64,000 nt of DNA from Candidatus Micrarchaeota archaeon (GCA_043821365.1 JBDRCX010000006.1:704001-768000); one strand, 5' to 3'. Positions 26,090 through 37,017 are shown, counted from the first letter of the stretch. Numbers and translations: made by a program. Notes: generated by a model from the letters alone, not told the origin.

Positions 26090-26597
26090 CTATTTTTTTA
26101 AGTCGTTGTTCTGCTTCAATTAATTCAAGGTATTTAATTACCTGCTTTGGCAGATGCTTTCTCCATTCACTATTTCCTTCACCCATCAGTTTCCTTATGT
26201 TGGTGCCTTCTTTTGGCCCACGGTCATAATAAGCCACTGGATTTACTAATATCCCATGCTTTGAGAAAAGCATCTTAACTAGTGCATTGTTTGAATAAAC
26301 AGACTCAATGTCAATAGGGGGAATATGCATGTATATATGGTCCACCCATATTCTATTGTCATTTACATCTGGTACTGGTACTATTACTAATTTGGTAAGT
26401 TCGCTTTTATTAAAACAAAGACGTATCATCTCAATTCTTTCACCACATGTGAATGGATTCTCAGTGGTGAATCCGTCTTCGGAACTCCCAATAACAATAA
26501 CTACTTCTTTGTATTTTCTGAGTAATTTTTTAATAGCATGATAGTGCCCATGGTGAAATGGTTGGAACCTTCCAATAAATAAAGCTCGCTTCATCAA
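26064..26597 (-). CDS. nadM: Nicotinamide-nucleotide adenylyltransferase
   Basis: FIGRFQPFHHGH, NPFTCGERIEM. Confidence 0.93.
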   Translation of the reverse strand: MMKRALFIGRFQPFHHGHYHAIKKLLRKYKEVVIVIGSSEDGFTTENPFTCGERIEMIRLCFNKSELTKLVIVPVPDVNDNRIWVDHIYMHIPPIDIESVYSNNALVKMLFSKHGILVNPVAYYDRGPKEGTNIRKLMGEGNSEWRKHLPKQVIKYLELIEAEQRLKKIVRMGGRHV

Positions 26598-26606
26598 ATA
26601 CCACCT

Positions 26607-29600
26607 TTATGTTTCTTTCATTACCTGCTTAAGTTTTATACCTACTAGTTTTGATACTCCGTCTACTTTTGTGACACCAATCACAGAGTCTGCGTTGGCC
26701 ATTACGGTATCGTTGTGGCTTACCATAATGAATTGACTGTCCTTGCTCATACCATTTACAAGGTCAGCCAGGTTTTTACTGTTGGATTTGTCAAGTGCAG
26801 CATCAACCTCATCAAGTATGTAGAATGGTGCTGGTTTGAACATCTGTAAAGCAAAAACAAACATCATTGCAACCAGTGTTTTTTCACCACCAGACAAAGC
26901 ATCTAATGAGTGTTCCTGGTTATTTCTTCTTAATTTTATAAACAACCCACTTTCAAACGGCTCTGAAGGATTGCTTAGGTAGAGATGTCCGTGCCCAACA
27001 TTTATATATTTGAACATTTTGCCGAAATTATCACTCACTGCATTGAATGTCTCGAAAAATGCCTCTTTTTTGTGTTCTTCTATCTCTCCTATCATCAACA
27101 GGATTGCCTCTCGTTCTCGGTCTAATCTTTCTATTTTCTCTTCTACATCCATAATTTCTGCTTTTTTCTTATCATACATTTCTACTGCTGCCATATTGAC
27201 ATTTCCAATGGTGGCAAGAATCTCTTCTGCGTCTTTCATCATTTTTGTTAATTCTTCTTTCGCTAGCTCTAAATGTTCTATATTAGTATAAGCTGCATAT
27301 TCTATCTTTATATCTTCCAATCTTGTTTGTGCTGTTGCTGTTTTCACATTTATTTGGTTCATATCTTTTATTGCCTTGTCCAATTCAATTCTAATGTGGC
27401 CTCGTTTCTTCCCAATTTCTTGAATTTCATCTTCGTATGATTTCATTTGTTCAAAAAGCTTTTCGATTGCCTTACTAACTGATTTCATATTTTCTTCTGT
27501 TTGTGCAAGTTCTTTTTCTTCTTCTATAATTTGCTTTTTCACTTCTTTTATCCTTTCAAAAGCTTCTTTTTCTTCATTACCTAATTTCTTCAGTCTTTCA
27601 AGTTTTGATGAATGTTCTTTCTTTCTAATGTCAACTTCGCTTAATTTCCCTTCAATGGTAGCTTTCAATGATGATACGGCTGCGCTCATGTCTGCTCTTT
27701 TCTTACTGCTTTCTTCAGAACTTCTCTTGAATTCATTTTCTGCAGCTTTAAGTCTTTCTTTTATGCCAGCTATTTTCCCTCCTGCTTCGGCAACTTTCTT
27801 AGCAAGATGTTCTCTTACGCCTGTTCTTTCTTTTACTGAAGTTTCTAATTTTTCTATTTCATCTTTTATCTGTTCTTTTCTCTTTAACAAGTGTTCAATT
27901 TCTTTTCTTCTTTCCTGCTCCATCTTGTCCTTTACTTCAGCTGTTTTGATTGTAATCTCTAATTTGGCTTTTTCTGCTCTCATTTTTGATTCTTCTTCCC
28001 GTATGGAATAAAGTTCTTGTAATAATGAATCCTTTGTGCTCTTTACATCATTGAATTCGTTTTCAATTTTCTTAAGCTGGTTGTTAGCAAACAATCCAGA
28101 TTGGGATCTTCCACCACTTATGATGCCGGATCTTTCAAATATCTCTCCATCAATTGTTACCATTCTTGCAGTTCCAATACCAAGTTTTTTTGCATCATTT
28201 GCCGTATCAATTAAAAGTGTATCTGCAAACACATACTCCATTGCTCTCCGTAAATTTGATTTACAATTTATTACCTCAAGAATCGATGAAAATTTACCTA
28301 ATTTTACTTGTGATGGTGTTCGTATCGAATCAAGAGGTATGAAAGTCACTCTTCCTACTTTTGCTTTTTTCAATTTATCTATTGCTTCTGTTGCAGTGTC
28401 AATACCATCAACAATAACATAAAGTAAACGTGATCCTCCAGATGCCTCAACAGCACTACTGTATTCCGGATCAAATGTTATAAGGTCCATTACAGTTCCA
28501 TAAATTCCATCATTCACCCTTTTTAGTTCATTGACAAAACTCAATGCAGGGTTTGCCAATTGGGGTGAACTTCTAACTCTGAATATTGAAAGTTTTTCTT
28601 TAAGTTCAAGCATCTGCTTGTCAAGTTCATTCATTTGAGCGTTGATGTCCTTGGTTTTATTGAATGATCTGTCAATTTCTTTTGTTATCTTCTCGATTTC
28701 CCTTCTAAGGTGATTAATATCTTCTTTTTCTTCTGTTTCTCCATCTTCACCCGGTAGTGTATTCTCATGTTCTGCTTTTTTTGCTTCTATAAGCTGTCGT
28801 TTTGCTTCTAATTCAGTATTTAATGATGAAAGTTTCTCTTTAAGAGATAAAAGTTCGGATTCATGAGTGTCTAAGGTTTTTCTCAGTTCATCTATCTCAT
28901 CATCATCTCCCCCACCGCCATATTTCATCAAGTCTTCTTCTGCTTTTTTTAGTTGGTGTTTGAGTGTACCGAGTTCCTTTTCAAGAGCTGCTAAAATTTC
29001 CTTTTCTTTTATTGTTTCTTTTTCTGTTTCTTCTATCTCTTTTTTTGTTTCTCTCACAAATGCTTCTTTATCATCAACTAGTTGTTTCTTTGATCCACCT
29101 GATGCTCGTAGTTCTTCGAGCCTTCTTATCATTGCGTTGGTCTTTTGCTTGGATTGGAGTTCCCCACTGGTTTTTGCTCTTTTAGCATCAATTTCTCCTA
29201 TTGTTGCTTCGACTTCTTCTATTTCTTGTTCTTTAGTTTTTCTTATCTGGTTTAATTTTTCTTCTTGTTTTGTTATATTTGTCAATTCTTTTTCCAATTT
29301 CTGCATCTCATTTTTGAGCAATGTACCTTTTGCATTTGTAAGATTCTTCTTTGCACCAGAATATCTTATTGCCGTTTCTTTTTCTCTTTCTAATTCGTCA
29401 AGAAATGCTTTTCTTTCGCCGAGTACTAGTTTGGCTTCTTTTATTCTTGTTTCTACCATTCCAAGTTCATTGAGTGCTTCTTTTTTCTTTTCTTCAAAAT
29501 CAGCAATACCAGCAACACTATCGATAATCTGTCTTCGTTCCTTACCGTTCATATTTATAATTCGTTGAACTTCTCCCTGTGCAATTGTGTTACGACCACT

Positions 29601-29972
29601 GCTGTCTAAGTTGTATTTTTTTAATGCTTCAACAACACTTCCACGTGTTGTTCTTTTATCATTCAACATGTATTTTATTTTTCCATCTTCTCTTATGGCA
29701 CGTTTTATTTCGTAACCTTTACCATCATTTTCATTTTGTAAAACTAGTGAAACTTCTGCTGTTCTTGATCCTGCATATATCAAATCGGTGACTTTTTTTG
29801 CACGAAGTGATTTTAGGCTAATTTCTCCCATCACAAAACGAATTGCATCGCATAGATTACTTTTCCCAGAACCATTGGGTCCGGCAAAACAAACGAATGT
29901 ATCTGGAAGTTCAACATTAGCTGCTTTGAATGATTTGAAATTTTTTAATTTGAGACGGGAGATAAAAACCAT
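26607..29972 (-). CDS. smc: Chromosome segregation protein SMC
   Basis: Walker A GPNGSGKSN, hinge GRVTFIPLD, signature LSGGEK, Walker B ILDEVDAALD. Confidence 0.96.
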   Translation of the reverse strand: MVFISRLKLKNFKSFKAANVELPDTFVCFAGPNGSGKSNLCDAIRFVMGEISLKSLRAKKVTDLIYAGSRTAEVSLVLQNENDGKGYEIKRAIREDGKIKYMLNDKRTTRGSVVEALKKYNLDSSGRNTIAQGEVQRIINMNGKERRQIIDSVAGIADFEEKKKEALNELGMVETRIKEAKLVLGERKAFLDELEREKETAIRYSGAKKNLTNAKGTLLKNEMQKLEKELTNITKQEEKLNQIRKTKEQEIEEVEATIGEIDAKRAKTSGELQSKQKTNAMIRRLEELRASGGSKKQLVDDKEAFVRETKKEIEETEKETIKEKEILAALEKELGTLKHQLKKAEEDLMKYGGGGDDDEIDELRKTLDTHESELLSLKEKLSSLNTELEAKRQLIEAKKAEHENTLPGEDGETEEKEDINHLRREIEKITKEIDRSFNKTKDINAQMNELDKQMLELKEKLSIFRVRSSPQLANPALSFVNELKRVNDGIYGTVMDLITFDPEYSSAVEASGGSRLLYVIVDGIDTATEAIDKLKKAKVGRVTFIPLDSIRTPSQVKLGKFSSILEVINCKSNLRRAMEYVFADTLLIDTANDAKKLGIGTARMVTIDGEIFERSGIISGGRSQSGLFANNQLKKIENEFNDVKSTKDSLLQELYSIREEESKMRAEKAKLEITIKTAEVKDKMEQERRKEIEHLLKRKEQIKDEIEKLETSVKERTGVREHLAKKVAEAGGKIAGIKERLKAAENEFKRSSEESSKKRADMSAAVSSLKATIEGKLSEVDIRKKEHSSKLERLKKLGNEEKEAFERIKEVKKQIIEEEKELAQTEENMKSVSKAIEKLFEQMKSYEDEIQEIGKKRGHIRIELDKAIKDMNQINVKTATAQTRLEDIKIEYAAYTNIEHLELAKEELTKMMKDAEEILATIGNVNMAAVEMYDKKKAEIMDVEEKIERLDREREAILLMIGEIEEHKKEAFFETFNAVSDNFGKMFKYINVGHGHLYLSNPSEPFESGLFIKLRRNNQEHSLDALSGGEKTLVAMMFVFALQMFKPAPFYILDEVDAALDKSNSKNLADLVNGMSKDSQFIMVSHNDTVMANADSVIGVTKVDGVSKLVGIKLKQVMKET

Positions 29973-30055
29973 GATTTATCGAATGCTAATCTCAGATTAG
30001 ATTAAAAAGCATTTCTGCAGTTTCTTGAAAAATAGGCATACACTAACTTCATTCA

Positions 30056-30170
30056 TGGACACGGAGGGATTTGAACCCCCAGCCTTCCACAGTTTGGCAA
30101 ACTAGTTTTGATCAAACTTTTACTAAAAGTTTGGCGCCAAGCGGATGCTCTACCGTTGAGCTACGTGCCC
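30056..30170 (-). tRNA. tRNA-Ala(GGC) with 43-nt 37/38 intron (30092-30134)
   Basis: GGGCACG/CGTGTCC-A with G3:U70; T-loop TTCAAAT; strict BHB (TTGG/CCAA central helix, CAAAC/GTTTG outer helix). Confidence 0.93.
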
Positions 30171-30172
30171 GT

Positions 30173-30195
30173 GCAACTTTTTAGTAAAAAGTTGC
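30173..30195. repeat. T5-N3-A5 palindromic element 2 nt upstream of tRNA-Ala
   Basis: GCAAC-TTTTT-AGT-AAAAA-GTTGC followed by TCAAAAA. Confidence 0.72.
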
Positions 30196-30210
30196 TCAAA
30201 AATAGTCAAT

Positions 30211-30435
30211 TTAAGATGGCGATATAAAAGTTACTGAGTCACCGCGCAACAAAACTGTGCCGACTCCTCTTTTGACTTCACCATTGACCATCTGTTCTGC
30301 TTTTTCAAGAACAATGTTCATGTGTACATCGTATGCTACCATCACGCCTCGGAATTCATTTCCTCCTTTCATACCGATTATGACGGTGTTGTTCAATGAG
30401 CTATTCAATACATCAAATGGTCTTCTTTCTGGCAT
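30211..30435 (-). CDS. Sm-like (Lsm/SmAP1) protein
   Basis: RPFDVLN...RGVMVAYDVHMNIVL...LRGDSV; ATG at 30435. Confidence 0.93.
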   Translation of the reverse strand: MPERRPFDVLNSSLNNTVIIGMKGGNEFRGVMVAYDVHMNIVLEKAEQMVNGEVKRGVGTVLLRGDSVTFISPS

Positions 30436-30491
30436 AAAAAATTCACCTCTAAAAATAAACTCTTTTAATCTATCATCATAGGTTTTAAAAG

Positions 30492-30965
30492 TCATTCGTT
30501 ATTTACAATTGTTTCTATTTTTCCTGGTCCTTTGAATATAATTATTCTATCTGCAGTGTTTCTAAGTGCGGCACTGAATGCAACATCAGTTGCAATGATC
30601 ATAGTTCTTTTGCCCTTTGCCTTTGCCTTTCTTAAGACGGGTAAATAATCAGTATCTCTGGTCATGAGTGCAATTGTGTCTATATCTTTGTCAATAACAT
30701 ACTCCATTGCTTCAATGGCCATAGTAACATCAACATCGCCAGTGGTTATCTCAGTTTGAAAACCTTGATTTACCATAGCCTCAATCAGCTTGTCAGATGC
30801 AAACTGATCAAGATATATTTTTGCAACACGGATATTACCAAAACGTGAAATCTCTTTTCTAAGTTCATGGAGATCCACATTGAATGCTTTCCTTAAAATA
30901 TTTGGACCGTCAACCAAAAGTGCAATATCTGGTCGTTCCTTTTTTCTTTTTAAAAAATCAAACAT
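30492..30965 (-). CDS. NYN domain (LabA/DUF88) protein
   Basis: LLVDGPNI, GDVDVTMAIEAM, TRDTDYLP. Confidence 0.88.
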   Translation of the reverse strand: MFDFLKRKKERPDIALLVDGPNILRKAFNVDLHELRKEISRFGNIRVAKIYLDQFASDKLIEAMVNQGFQTEITTGDVDVTMAIEAMEYVIDKDIDTIALMTRDTDYLPVLRKAKAKGKRTMIIATDVAFSAALRNTADRIIIFKGPGKIETIVNNE

Positions 30966-31021
30966 TTAATCTACTCCAGGTGGCAATCGTGTTCGTCGCA
31001 ACGAACGCGATACATATGGAA

Positions 31022-31756
31022 CTATTGTTCCATACTGAAATTAAAAAATTTCATCGCATTTTCGCTAGTTGCATTCGCAACTTTAACAGTTTCTATATTC
31101 TTTACTTCTGCAATATACGCAATAGCTTCGCGTATAACTTCCGGTGTTCTACCAACATATGGCGAATCACTTTCCACCAAAAGTCTATTCAGTGGTACAA
31201 TATTAATAACCTTTCTACGCTCCTTCGACCTAAGGTGGGTTATTGATATATACCCACCACTATCTACAATTTTTTTTGCCTGTTCTTCAGAACCACAATA
31301 AAAGTGCATTAGTACTCTCATCTCAGTTGTCATGCTAATGATGTCATCAACAGCATTTTTTGGAAGGTTATTTTCATTAGGATTATTTCTCGAATGTATT
31401 ACAAGAGGAAGATCAAATTCCTTCGCAAGGTCAATCATCTTTTGAAACACGATTTTTTCATTTTCAACGTGTTCGTTTGTTTGTGCCCACTTATAGTCTA
31501 AACCAACTTCACCGATTGCATTTGGTTTGTTATTTCTAATAAATTCCACCCACTCGTCTACTTTTGTTATTCCCTCCTTTACAGTACTCTGCGGTGCAAT
31601 CCCCAATATGAAAGGATAATTATGCTCCTTTGCAAAATCAACTACTTTTTTGTTTGCGCCATGCGAGTATCCTGCAACTACTGGGTAAATATCTGGAGGC
31701 AGAACATAGTCTTTTTTCATTTCAAAAAGATGGGTATGTGAGTCCACAAGTTTCAT
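31022..31756 (-). CDS. TatD-family metal-dependent hydrolase/DNase
   Basis: VDSHTH, AIGEVGLD, VIHSR, LLVESDSPY. Confidence 0.9.
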   Translation of the reverse strand: MKLVDSHTHLFEMKKDYVLPPDIYPVVAGYSHGANKKVVDFAKEHNYPFILGIAPQSTVKEGITKVDEWVEFIRNNKPNAIGEVGLDYKWAQTNEHVENEKIVFQKMIDLAKEFDLPLVIHSRNNPNENNLPKNAVDDIISMTTEMRVLMHFYCGSEEQAKKIVDSGGYISITHLRSKERRKVINIVPLNRLLVESDSPYVGRTPEVIREAIAYIAEVKNIETVKVANATSENAMKFFNFSMEQ

Positions 31757-31927
31757 GTTTTTTGGTTAATCGTTTCATGTTATAAATGCTTTGTGGTTTA
31801 TCTCTGGTACTTTCACCAGGTGGGGGTGAGGGGAAAGTTTAGTTTAAAAACCCTAATGTCTTATAAGTATACCTCTGTCCGAATTATCAGATGTAAATTG
31901 AAATCGGAATTCCAATAAGGTGTATTA

Positions 31928-32320
31928 ATGGTTGACAAAATTTTTGCTATTGCAAAGGAATTAAGAGTAGGCAAGTATGTCATGATTGATGACATACCCT
32001 GCAAGGTTGTTGAGATTGAAAGTTCAAAACCAGGTAAGCATGGTTCAGCTAAGATGAGGATTACAGGAATTGGTGTTTTCGGAGGACAGAAAAAGACACT
32101 CCTAAGTCCTGGTGATGCTGATGTTGTAATCCCAATAATCGAAAGAAAAAATGTTCAAATAATGTCAGTAAGCGGAAATAATGCTCAGGTTATGGATCAA
32201 CAATCATATGAAGTTTATGATCTTGAGATTCCAGAAGAACTTCTTAGTCAAATAGCACCTGGGAAAGAGGCTGAAATTTTAGAAACAATGGGTAGGAAAA
32301 TGATGGAGAGGATAAAATGA
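31928..32320 (+). CDS. eif5a: Translation factor aIF-5A
   Basis: SKPGKHGSAK hypusination motif. Confidence 0.96.
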   Translation: MVDKIFAIAKELRVGKYVMIDDIPCKVVEIESSKPGKHGSAKMRITGIGVFGGQKKTLLSPGDADVVIPIIERKNVQIMSVSGNNAQVMDQQSYEVYDLEIPEELLSQIAPGKEAEILETMGRKMMERIK

Positions 32321-32640
32321 ATGTTAATATCGTTTCGAACACTGATAATAAATTATTAGACAGGAAAGAAGTGAAAGCAGAAATAAGCTTTACTGGTTCT
32401 ACACCAAATCGGACACAGCTCAAAGAGGCAGTTGGACAAAAAATAGGTGCCAACCCAGAACTAATTGCTTTGAGGCAAGTTACAAGTAATTTCGGTAGGC
32501 ACTCTGTGAAAGTTACTGCCTATGCATATTCATCAAAAGAGAGTTTAATGGGAGTCGAACCAGTTCACATAAAAGTAAGGGAAGGACTCATACAAAAACC
32601 AGAAAAAAAGAAAAAAACATCTGGTTCAGCTAAGAAGTGA
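32317..32640 (+). CDS. rps24e: 30S ribosomal protein S24e
   Basis: NKLLDRKEV, TPNR, FG...AYAY. Confidence 0.93.
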   Translation: MNVNIVSNTDNKLLDRKEVKAEISFTGSTPNRTQLKEAVGQKIGANPELIALRQVTSNFGRHSVKVTAYAYSSKESLMGVEPVHIKVREGLIQKPEKKKKTSGSAKK

Positions 32641-32644
32641 TTAA

Positions 32645-32809
32645 ATGGCTGACGATAAGAAAAAACCTGCACCAGCAGCAAAAAAGAAAGAAAAACCAAA
32701 GGCCTACAAACCATCAAAATCATGTCCAAAATGTGGGGCAGGAGTAAGATTGGCAGAACACAAAGATAGGCGTTCTTGCGGTAAGTGTGGCTACTTTGAG
32801 AAAAAATGA
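32645..32809 (+). CDS. rps27ae: 30S ribosomal protein S27ae (not in ORF track)
   Basis: [24 protein letters not shown]; canonical position after S24e. Confidence 0.93.
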   Translation: MADDKKKPAPAAKKKEKPKAYKPSKSCPKCGAGVRLAEHKDRRSCGKCGYFEKK

Positions 32810-33471
32810 AACAATTTTTTCTTTTTCTTGCACTTTTTTCAATTATTCTACTTTTATTCGTTTTAATTTCTAATTCACTTGATTTATTTCCTTCATTAGT
32901 TCAACATTATTCTCTTCTTGGTTCATTGGCAATTCAAATGTTCATCTTTTTTACGGCATTGTTCTTTCTTTGGAAGAAAGACCTCAGATCAACATTACAT
33001 TCGATTGGTTTCCCAGGTTCGCCAATTAATACAGTAATCTTTACTATTGTTGGTCTGCTTTTGATGTTCTTACTATTGGTTGTTCTCGGTGTTTTGGCAA
33101 CTTTTGGAGGGTTCAATGATCAAGAAAAAATATCTGATAAGGTTGCTTCATTACCATTGGTTGTTCTTTTGTTCGCTGTTCTTCTAGCTCCAATAGGAGA
33201 GGAACTTTTTTTCCGTGCATTATTAGTTCCAAGATTCGATAACTTTTTTTTAAAACTAATTAAAATTCCCCATCTTGGTATTTTTTTCTCATCAGTTGTT
33301 TTTAGTATATCTCATTTTGCTTATGGTTCAATTGTTGAAATACTTGGCGTGTTTGTGATTGGCATTCTTTTGGCAGTTATTTTCAAGGCATCTAAAAGCA
33401 TAACTCCCTGTATAGTTATTCATATGATTTATAATGGAATTTCAATATTAGCTATGAAGTTGTTGGAGTAG
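32806..33471 (+). CDS. CPBP (CAAX/Abi) intramembrane metalloprotease
   Basis: [20 protein letters not shown]. Confidence 0.9.
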   Translation: MKQFFLFLALFSIILLLFVLISNSLDLFPSLVQHYSLLGSLAIQMFIFFTALFFLWKKDLRSTLHSIGFPGSPINTVIFTIVGLLLMFLLLVVLGVLATFGGFNDQEKISDKVASLPLVVLLFAVLLAPIGEELFFRALLVPRFDNFFLKLIKIPHLGIFFSSVVFSISHFAYGSIVEILGVFVIGILLAVIFKASKSITPCIVIHMIYNGISILAMKLLE

Positions 33472-33476
33472 GTATT

Positions 33477-34448
33477 ATGATAACACTTGGGATAGAAGCA
33501 ACTGCACACACACTGTCAATAGGCATTGCCAAAAACAACAAAATTCTATCTAATATTATTGATACCTATTCTGGTGGTGGGGAAGGTCTAATCCCCAGAA
33601 AAATGGCAGATCATCATTCAAATGTTTTCTCAGATGTTCTTTCAGGGAGTTTGTCTGCTGCTGATGTTTCTATTGAAGAGATAGATCTGATTGCTTTTTC
33701 TCAAGGGCCTGGAATTGGTGCTCCATTGTCAGTTGGTGTTTCAGCAGCAAAATATCTTGCAAGTAAATACAAAAAGAAAATTATCGGGGTTAATCATTGT
33801 TATGCCCATGTGAAAATAAGCGAATTTTGTTGTAAAGTAAAAAATCCACTTATTCTTTACATTTCTGGTGGCAACAGTCAAATATTAGTTGAATCTGGTT
33901 CCTTTTATCATGTTCTTGGAGAAACATTGGACATTGGCATTGGAAATCTTTTTGACAGCTTTGCTAGAGCGATAAATATGAAACATGCACATGGTTCAGC
34001 ACTTTCAAAACTTGCAGAAGGTGGGAAATATGTTGAATTGCCATATTCAGTAAAGGGTATGAATTTAGTTTTTTCAGGGCTACTCACTGCAGCAGAAAAA
34101 GCAGCAAAGACCAATGAACATAAAGATGTTGCATATTCATTGATGGAAACTGCATTTGCAATGACTTGTGAAGTTACTGAAAGAGCATTATTTTTAACTA
34201 AGAAAAAAAATCTTGTTGTTTGTGGTGGAGTTGCACAGAATAGAAGGCTTCAGCAGATGCTCAAGACAATGTGTGAAGAAGATGGAATCAAATTCGGTGT
34301 TGGACCAGATGAATATAATCGTGATAATGGTGCTATGATTGCATATGCAGGATGGTTACAATACAAAAAATATGGGGATTTTTCAATAGAAAATTGTGTT
34401 CCTGTTACTAATTATCGTATAGATCGTATGGGGGAAATTCTAGGGTAA
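33477..34448 (+). CDS. kae1: tRNA N6-threonylcarbamoyltransferase Kae1
   Basis: LGIEATAHT, VNHCYAH, SGGNSQ, GETLDIGIGN, RDNGAMIA. Confidence 0.95.
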   Translation: MITLGIEATAHTLSIGIAKNNKILSNIIDTYSGGGEGLIPRKMADHHSNVFSDVLSGSLSAADVSIEEIDLIAFSQGPGIGAPLSVGVSAAKYLASKYKKKIIGVNHCYAHVKISEFCCKVKNPLILYISGGNSQILVESGSFYHVLGETLDIGIGNLFDSFARAINMKHAHGSALSKLAEGGKYVELPYSVKGMNLVFSGLLTAAEKAAKTNEHKDVAYSLMETAFAMTCEVTERALFLTKKKNLVVCGGVAQNRRLQQMLKTMCEEDGIKFGVGPDEYNRDNGAMIAYAGWLQYKKYGDFSIENCVPVTNYRIDRMGEILG

Positions 34449-34469
34449 ATTTTAATTATTTAATGGATA

Positions 34470-35240
34470 ATGATATTCATGAAATTACTCAAACTTGGCG
34501 GTTCTTTAATCACAAACAAATCAGGATGGAAAGAAGCAAATCCAGAGAACATAAATGCTCTTGCAAAGGCAGTTGCCTCTGCATGGAAAAAATCTCCACG
34601 GGATTGGATTATTGTTCATGGGGCAGGTTCTTTTGGTCATCCTTTGGTAGTTAAATATGGTATAAATAATGGAGTGAAAAACACTCAACAAAAACTCTCA
34701 TTTGCATTAACCCACAATGCATGTATGGAATTATCTGCTCTTGTTTGTTCAGCTTTAAATGCAGTAGGAATTCCGGCAGTTTCAATACCTCCAGCTATGA
34801 TTATTACATCAAAAAATAAGAGGATTCATTCTTTTGATATGAAAATTGTTGAAGATTATTTAGAATCCGGATTTGTCCCAGTTCTTTTTGGGGACATGGT
34901 TCCTGATTTGGACCTGGGTGGTTCTGTTTGTTCTGGTGATCAAATCATCTCATACCTAGGTAAATCAGCAGAGCAAATCATTCTTGCAACTGATGTTGAT
35001 GGTGTTTTAGACGATAAAAACAATGTGATTACAGAAATTAATGAACAAAATTTTACTGAGATTTCAAAACATCTAAAAGATTCTGATAGAAAAGACGTTA
35101 CTGGTGCGATGGCCGGTAAACTAAATGAACTATTACAATTGGATACTCCTTCGTACATTGTTAATGGACTAAAACCAGAAAGAATAGAATCTCTTATGTT
35201 AGGGAAACAAACAATCTCTACAAAAGTTTCTAAAAAATAG
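34470..35240 (+). CDS. ipk: Isopentenyl phosphate kinase
   Basis: KLGGSLIT, VHGAGSFGH (IPK His), SGDQI, DVTGAMAGK. Confidence 0.9.
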   Translation: MIFMKLLKLGGSLITNKSGWKEANPENINALAKAVASAWKKSPRDWIIVHGAGSFGHPLVVKYGINNGVKNTQQKLSFALTHNACMELSALVCSALNAVGIPAVSIPPAMIITSKNKRIHSFDMKIVEDYLESGFVPVLFGDMVPDLDLGGSVCSGDQIISYLGKSAEQIILATDVDGVLDDKNNVITEINEQNFTEISKHLKDSDRKDVTGAMAGKLNELLQLDTPSYIVNGLKPERIESLMLGKQTISTKVSKK

Positions 35241-35245
35241 AATTT

Positions 35246-35650
35246 TCAATCTTCTTGGATAGTTACTGTTCCCTCATTCCCATTAACCTCTACTGTCATA
35301 CCATCTGTTAATATTTTGTATAAATCAGTTTCTGGCTTGTCAACCATTGGAATTTTTGATATAATTGCTCCAACAGATATTATTGGTTCTGCTTCAACAT
35401 TAACTATTGCAGATGGTGCTTTTTTGTTTTTAGCAAGCTGAAGCATGACATAAGATCCAACTGTTGATCCTTTCCCTCTTGGAAATACTAATACTGTGTC
35501 TGCTATACATTTACCTTGAATGGAATGACCTTCTTCCATGACAATTCCAGTTTCTGGGTCAACTCCTCCTAGAAATGAAATTGGGTCCTTTGATAAAAGC
35601 ACTTTCCCAGTTGCAGTTCCTTTAGAAATAGTTCTGCATTTTATTTCCAT
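35246..35650 (-). CDS. DUF126 swivel-domain protein, phosphomevalonate dehydratase small subunit
   Basis: ISFLGGVDP.TG, FPRGKGSTVGS. Confidence 0.88.
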   Translation of the reverse strand: MEIKCRTISKGTATGKVLLSKDPISFLGGVDPETGIVMEEGHSIQGKCIADTVLVFPRGKGSTVGSYVMLQLAKNKKAPSAIVNVEAEPIISVGAIISKIPMVDKPETDLYKILTDGMTVEVNGNEGTVTIQED

Positions 35651-35682
35651 AATATCAAATCATATAATTATAAGGGAAAAAA

Positions 35683-37017
35683 TTAATATTCTAAGTACTG
35701 TCTAAGCTCCCACTGAGAAACTTGAGTAAGATACTGCCTCCATTCGTCTTTTTTTGCAGCTACATATACCTCAAATAAATGCTCTCCTAAAACTTCTCTC
35801 CCTAGTTTGCTTTCTTCTAAAAACATAATTGCTTCATGTAAAGATCCAGGTACAATTTTAATTCCATTTTCTGTTCGTCTTTGTTCTCCCATTTCAAATA
35901 CATTTTCATCAACTGGTTCTGGTGCATTCAGTTTTCTTTTTACGCCATCAAGTCCTGCGCGTAGCATTGCAGCCAATGCAAAATATGGGTTAAAAGTAGG
36001 GTCCGGGACTCGTAATTCTACACGTACTGCATTGGCGTTTGAAGTGTGTGGAACCCGAAGTAATGCTGATCTATTTGTCCTTCCCCAGCATGCATTTACA
36101 GGAGCTTCATACCCCGGGACAAGTCTTTTGTACGAATTAACAGTTGGATTTAACAATGCACACAACCATCCGATATGTTCAAGTTGTCCTGCAATAAATT
36201 GTCGTGCTGTTTCAGAAAGACCATGCACTCCGCTTGGATCTGCAAATATATTCCCATCTCCTTTCCATAAACTCTGGTGTACATGGGATCCACTTCCATT
36301 TACGCCTGCAATCGGTTTTGGCATAAAAGTAGCATGATAACCATACTTTGCTGCAATTGCCTTTACCACCATCTTAAATGTCATGGCATTGTCTGCTGTT
36401 TGCAAAGCATCTGCATATTTGAAACTTACTTCATGCTGGCTTCCAGCTACTTCTGAATGTATCATTTCTGACTGTATTCCAAATGATGATAATGCAACTG
36501 CAATTTCCATCCTCATATTCCATCCAGGACTACCTGCATCATTGCTGAAGTATGTTCCATTTCCAGATGATGCAATAATGGGTTTGCCATCTTCACCTAA
36601 TTTAAATAAGAAGAATTCAAGTTCTGGTCCAGTCTTATATGTAAGTCCTAATCCTTTTGCAACTTCAAGTGCTCTTTTCAGTACGAATCTTGGATCATGT
36701 AATGATGGTTGTCCTTCCATATCATGAACATCACAAATTAATCTTGCAGTCTTTTTTTCTGGGTCAGTTACCCATGGAAGAACTGCGTAGGTACTCTCAT
36801 CAGGTACAAGTACCATATCGCTTTCACAAATACGTGAGTATCCCTTTACTGACGAGCCATCAAAACCAACACCGCTTTTCAGTGCAACTTCAATTCTGTC
36901 AAAAGGTACAAACCCAGCTCTGGTGCAACCATGTATATCTGAGAATTGTACAGCAACAAATTTTACTCCATCTTTTTTTACTCGTTCTACTAGTGATTGT
37001 TTTGTTTGTCTTGTCAT
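35683..37017 (-). CDS. glnA: Glutamine synthetase type I
   Basis: FDGSSV, GPELEFF, HSEVA..QHE, FMPKP...NGSGSHVHQS, NSYKRLVPGYEAP, RVELR.PD. Confidence 0.95.
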   Translation of the reverse strand: MTRQTKQSLVERVKKDGVKFVAVQFSDIHGCTRAGFVPFDRIEVALKSGVGFDGSSVKGYSRICESDMVLVPDESTYAVLPWVTDPEKKTARLICDVHDMEGQPSLHDPRFVLKRALEVAKGLGLTYKTGPELEFFLFKLGEDGKPIIASSGNGTYFSNDAGSPGWNMRMEIAVALSSFGIQSEMIHSEVAGSQHEVSFKYADALQTADNAMTFKMVVKAIAAKYGYHATFMPKPIAGVNGSGSHVHQSLWKGDGNIFADPSGVHGLSETARQFIAGQLEHIGWLCALLNPTVNSYKRLVPGYEAPVNACWGRTNRSALLRVPHTSNANAVRVELRVPDPTFNPYFALAAMLRAGLDGVKRKLNAPEPVDENVFEMGEQRRTENGIKIVPGSLHEAIMFLEESKLGREVLGEHLFEVYVAAKKDEWRQYLTQVSQWELRQYLEY

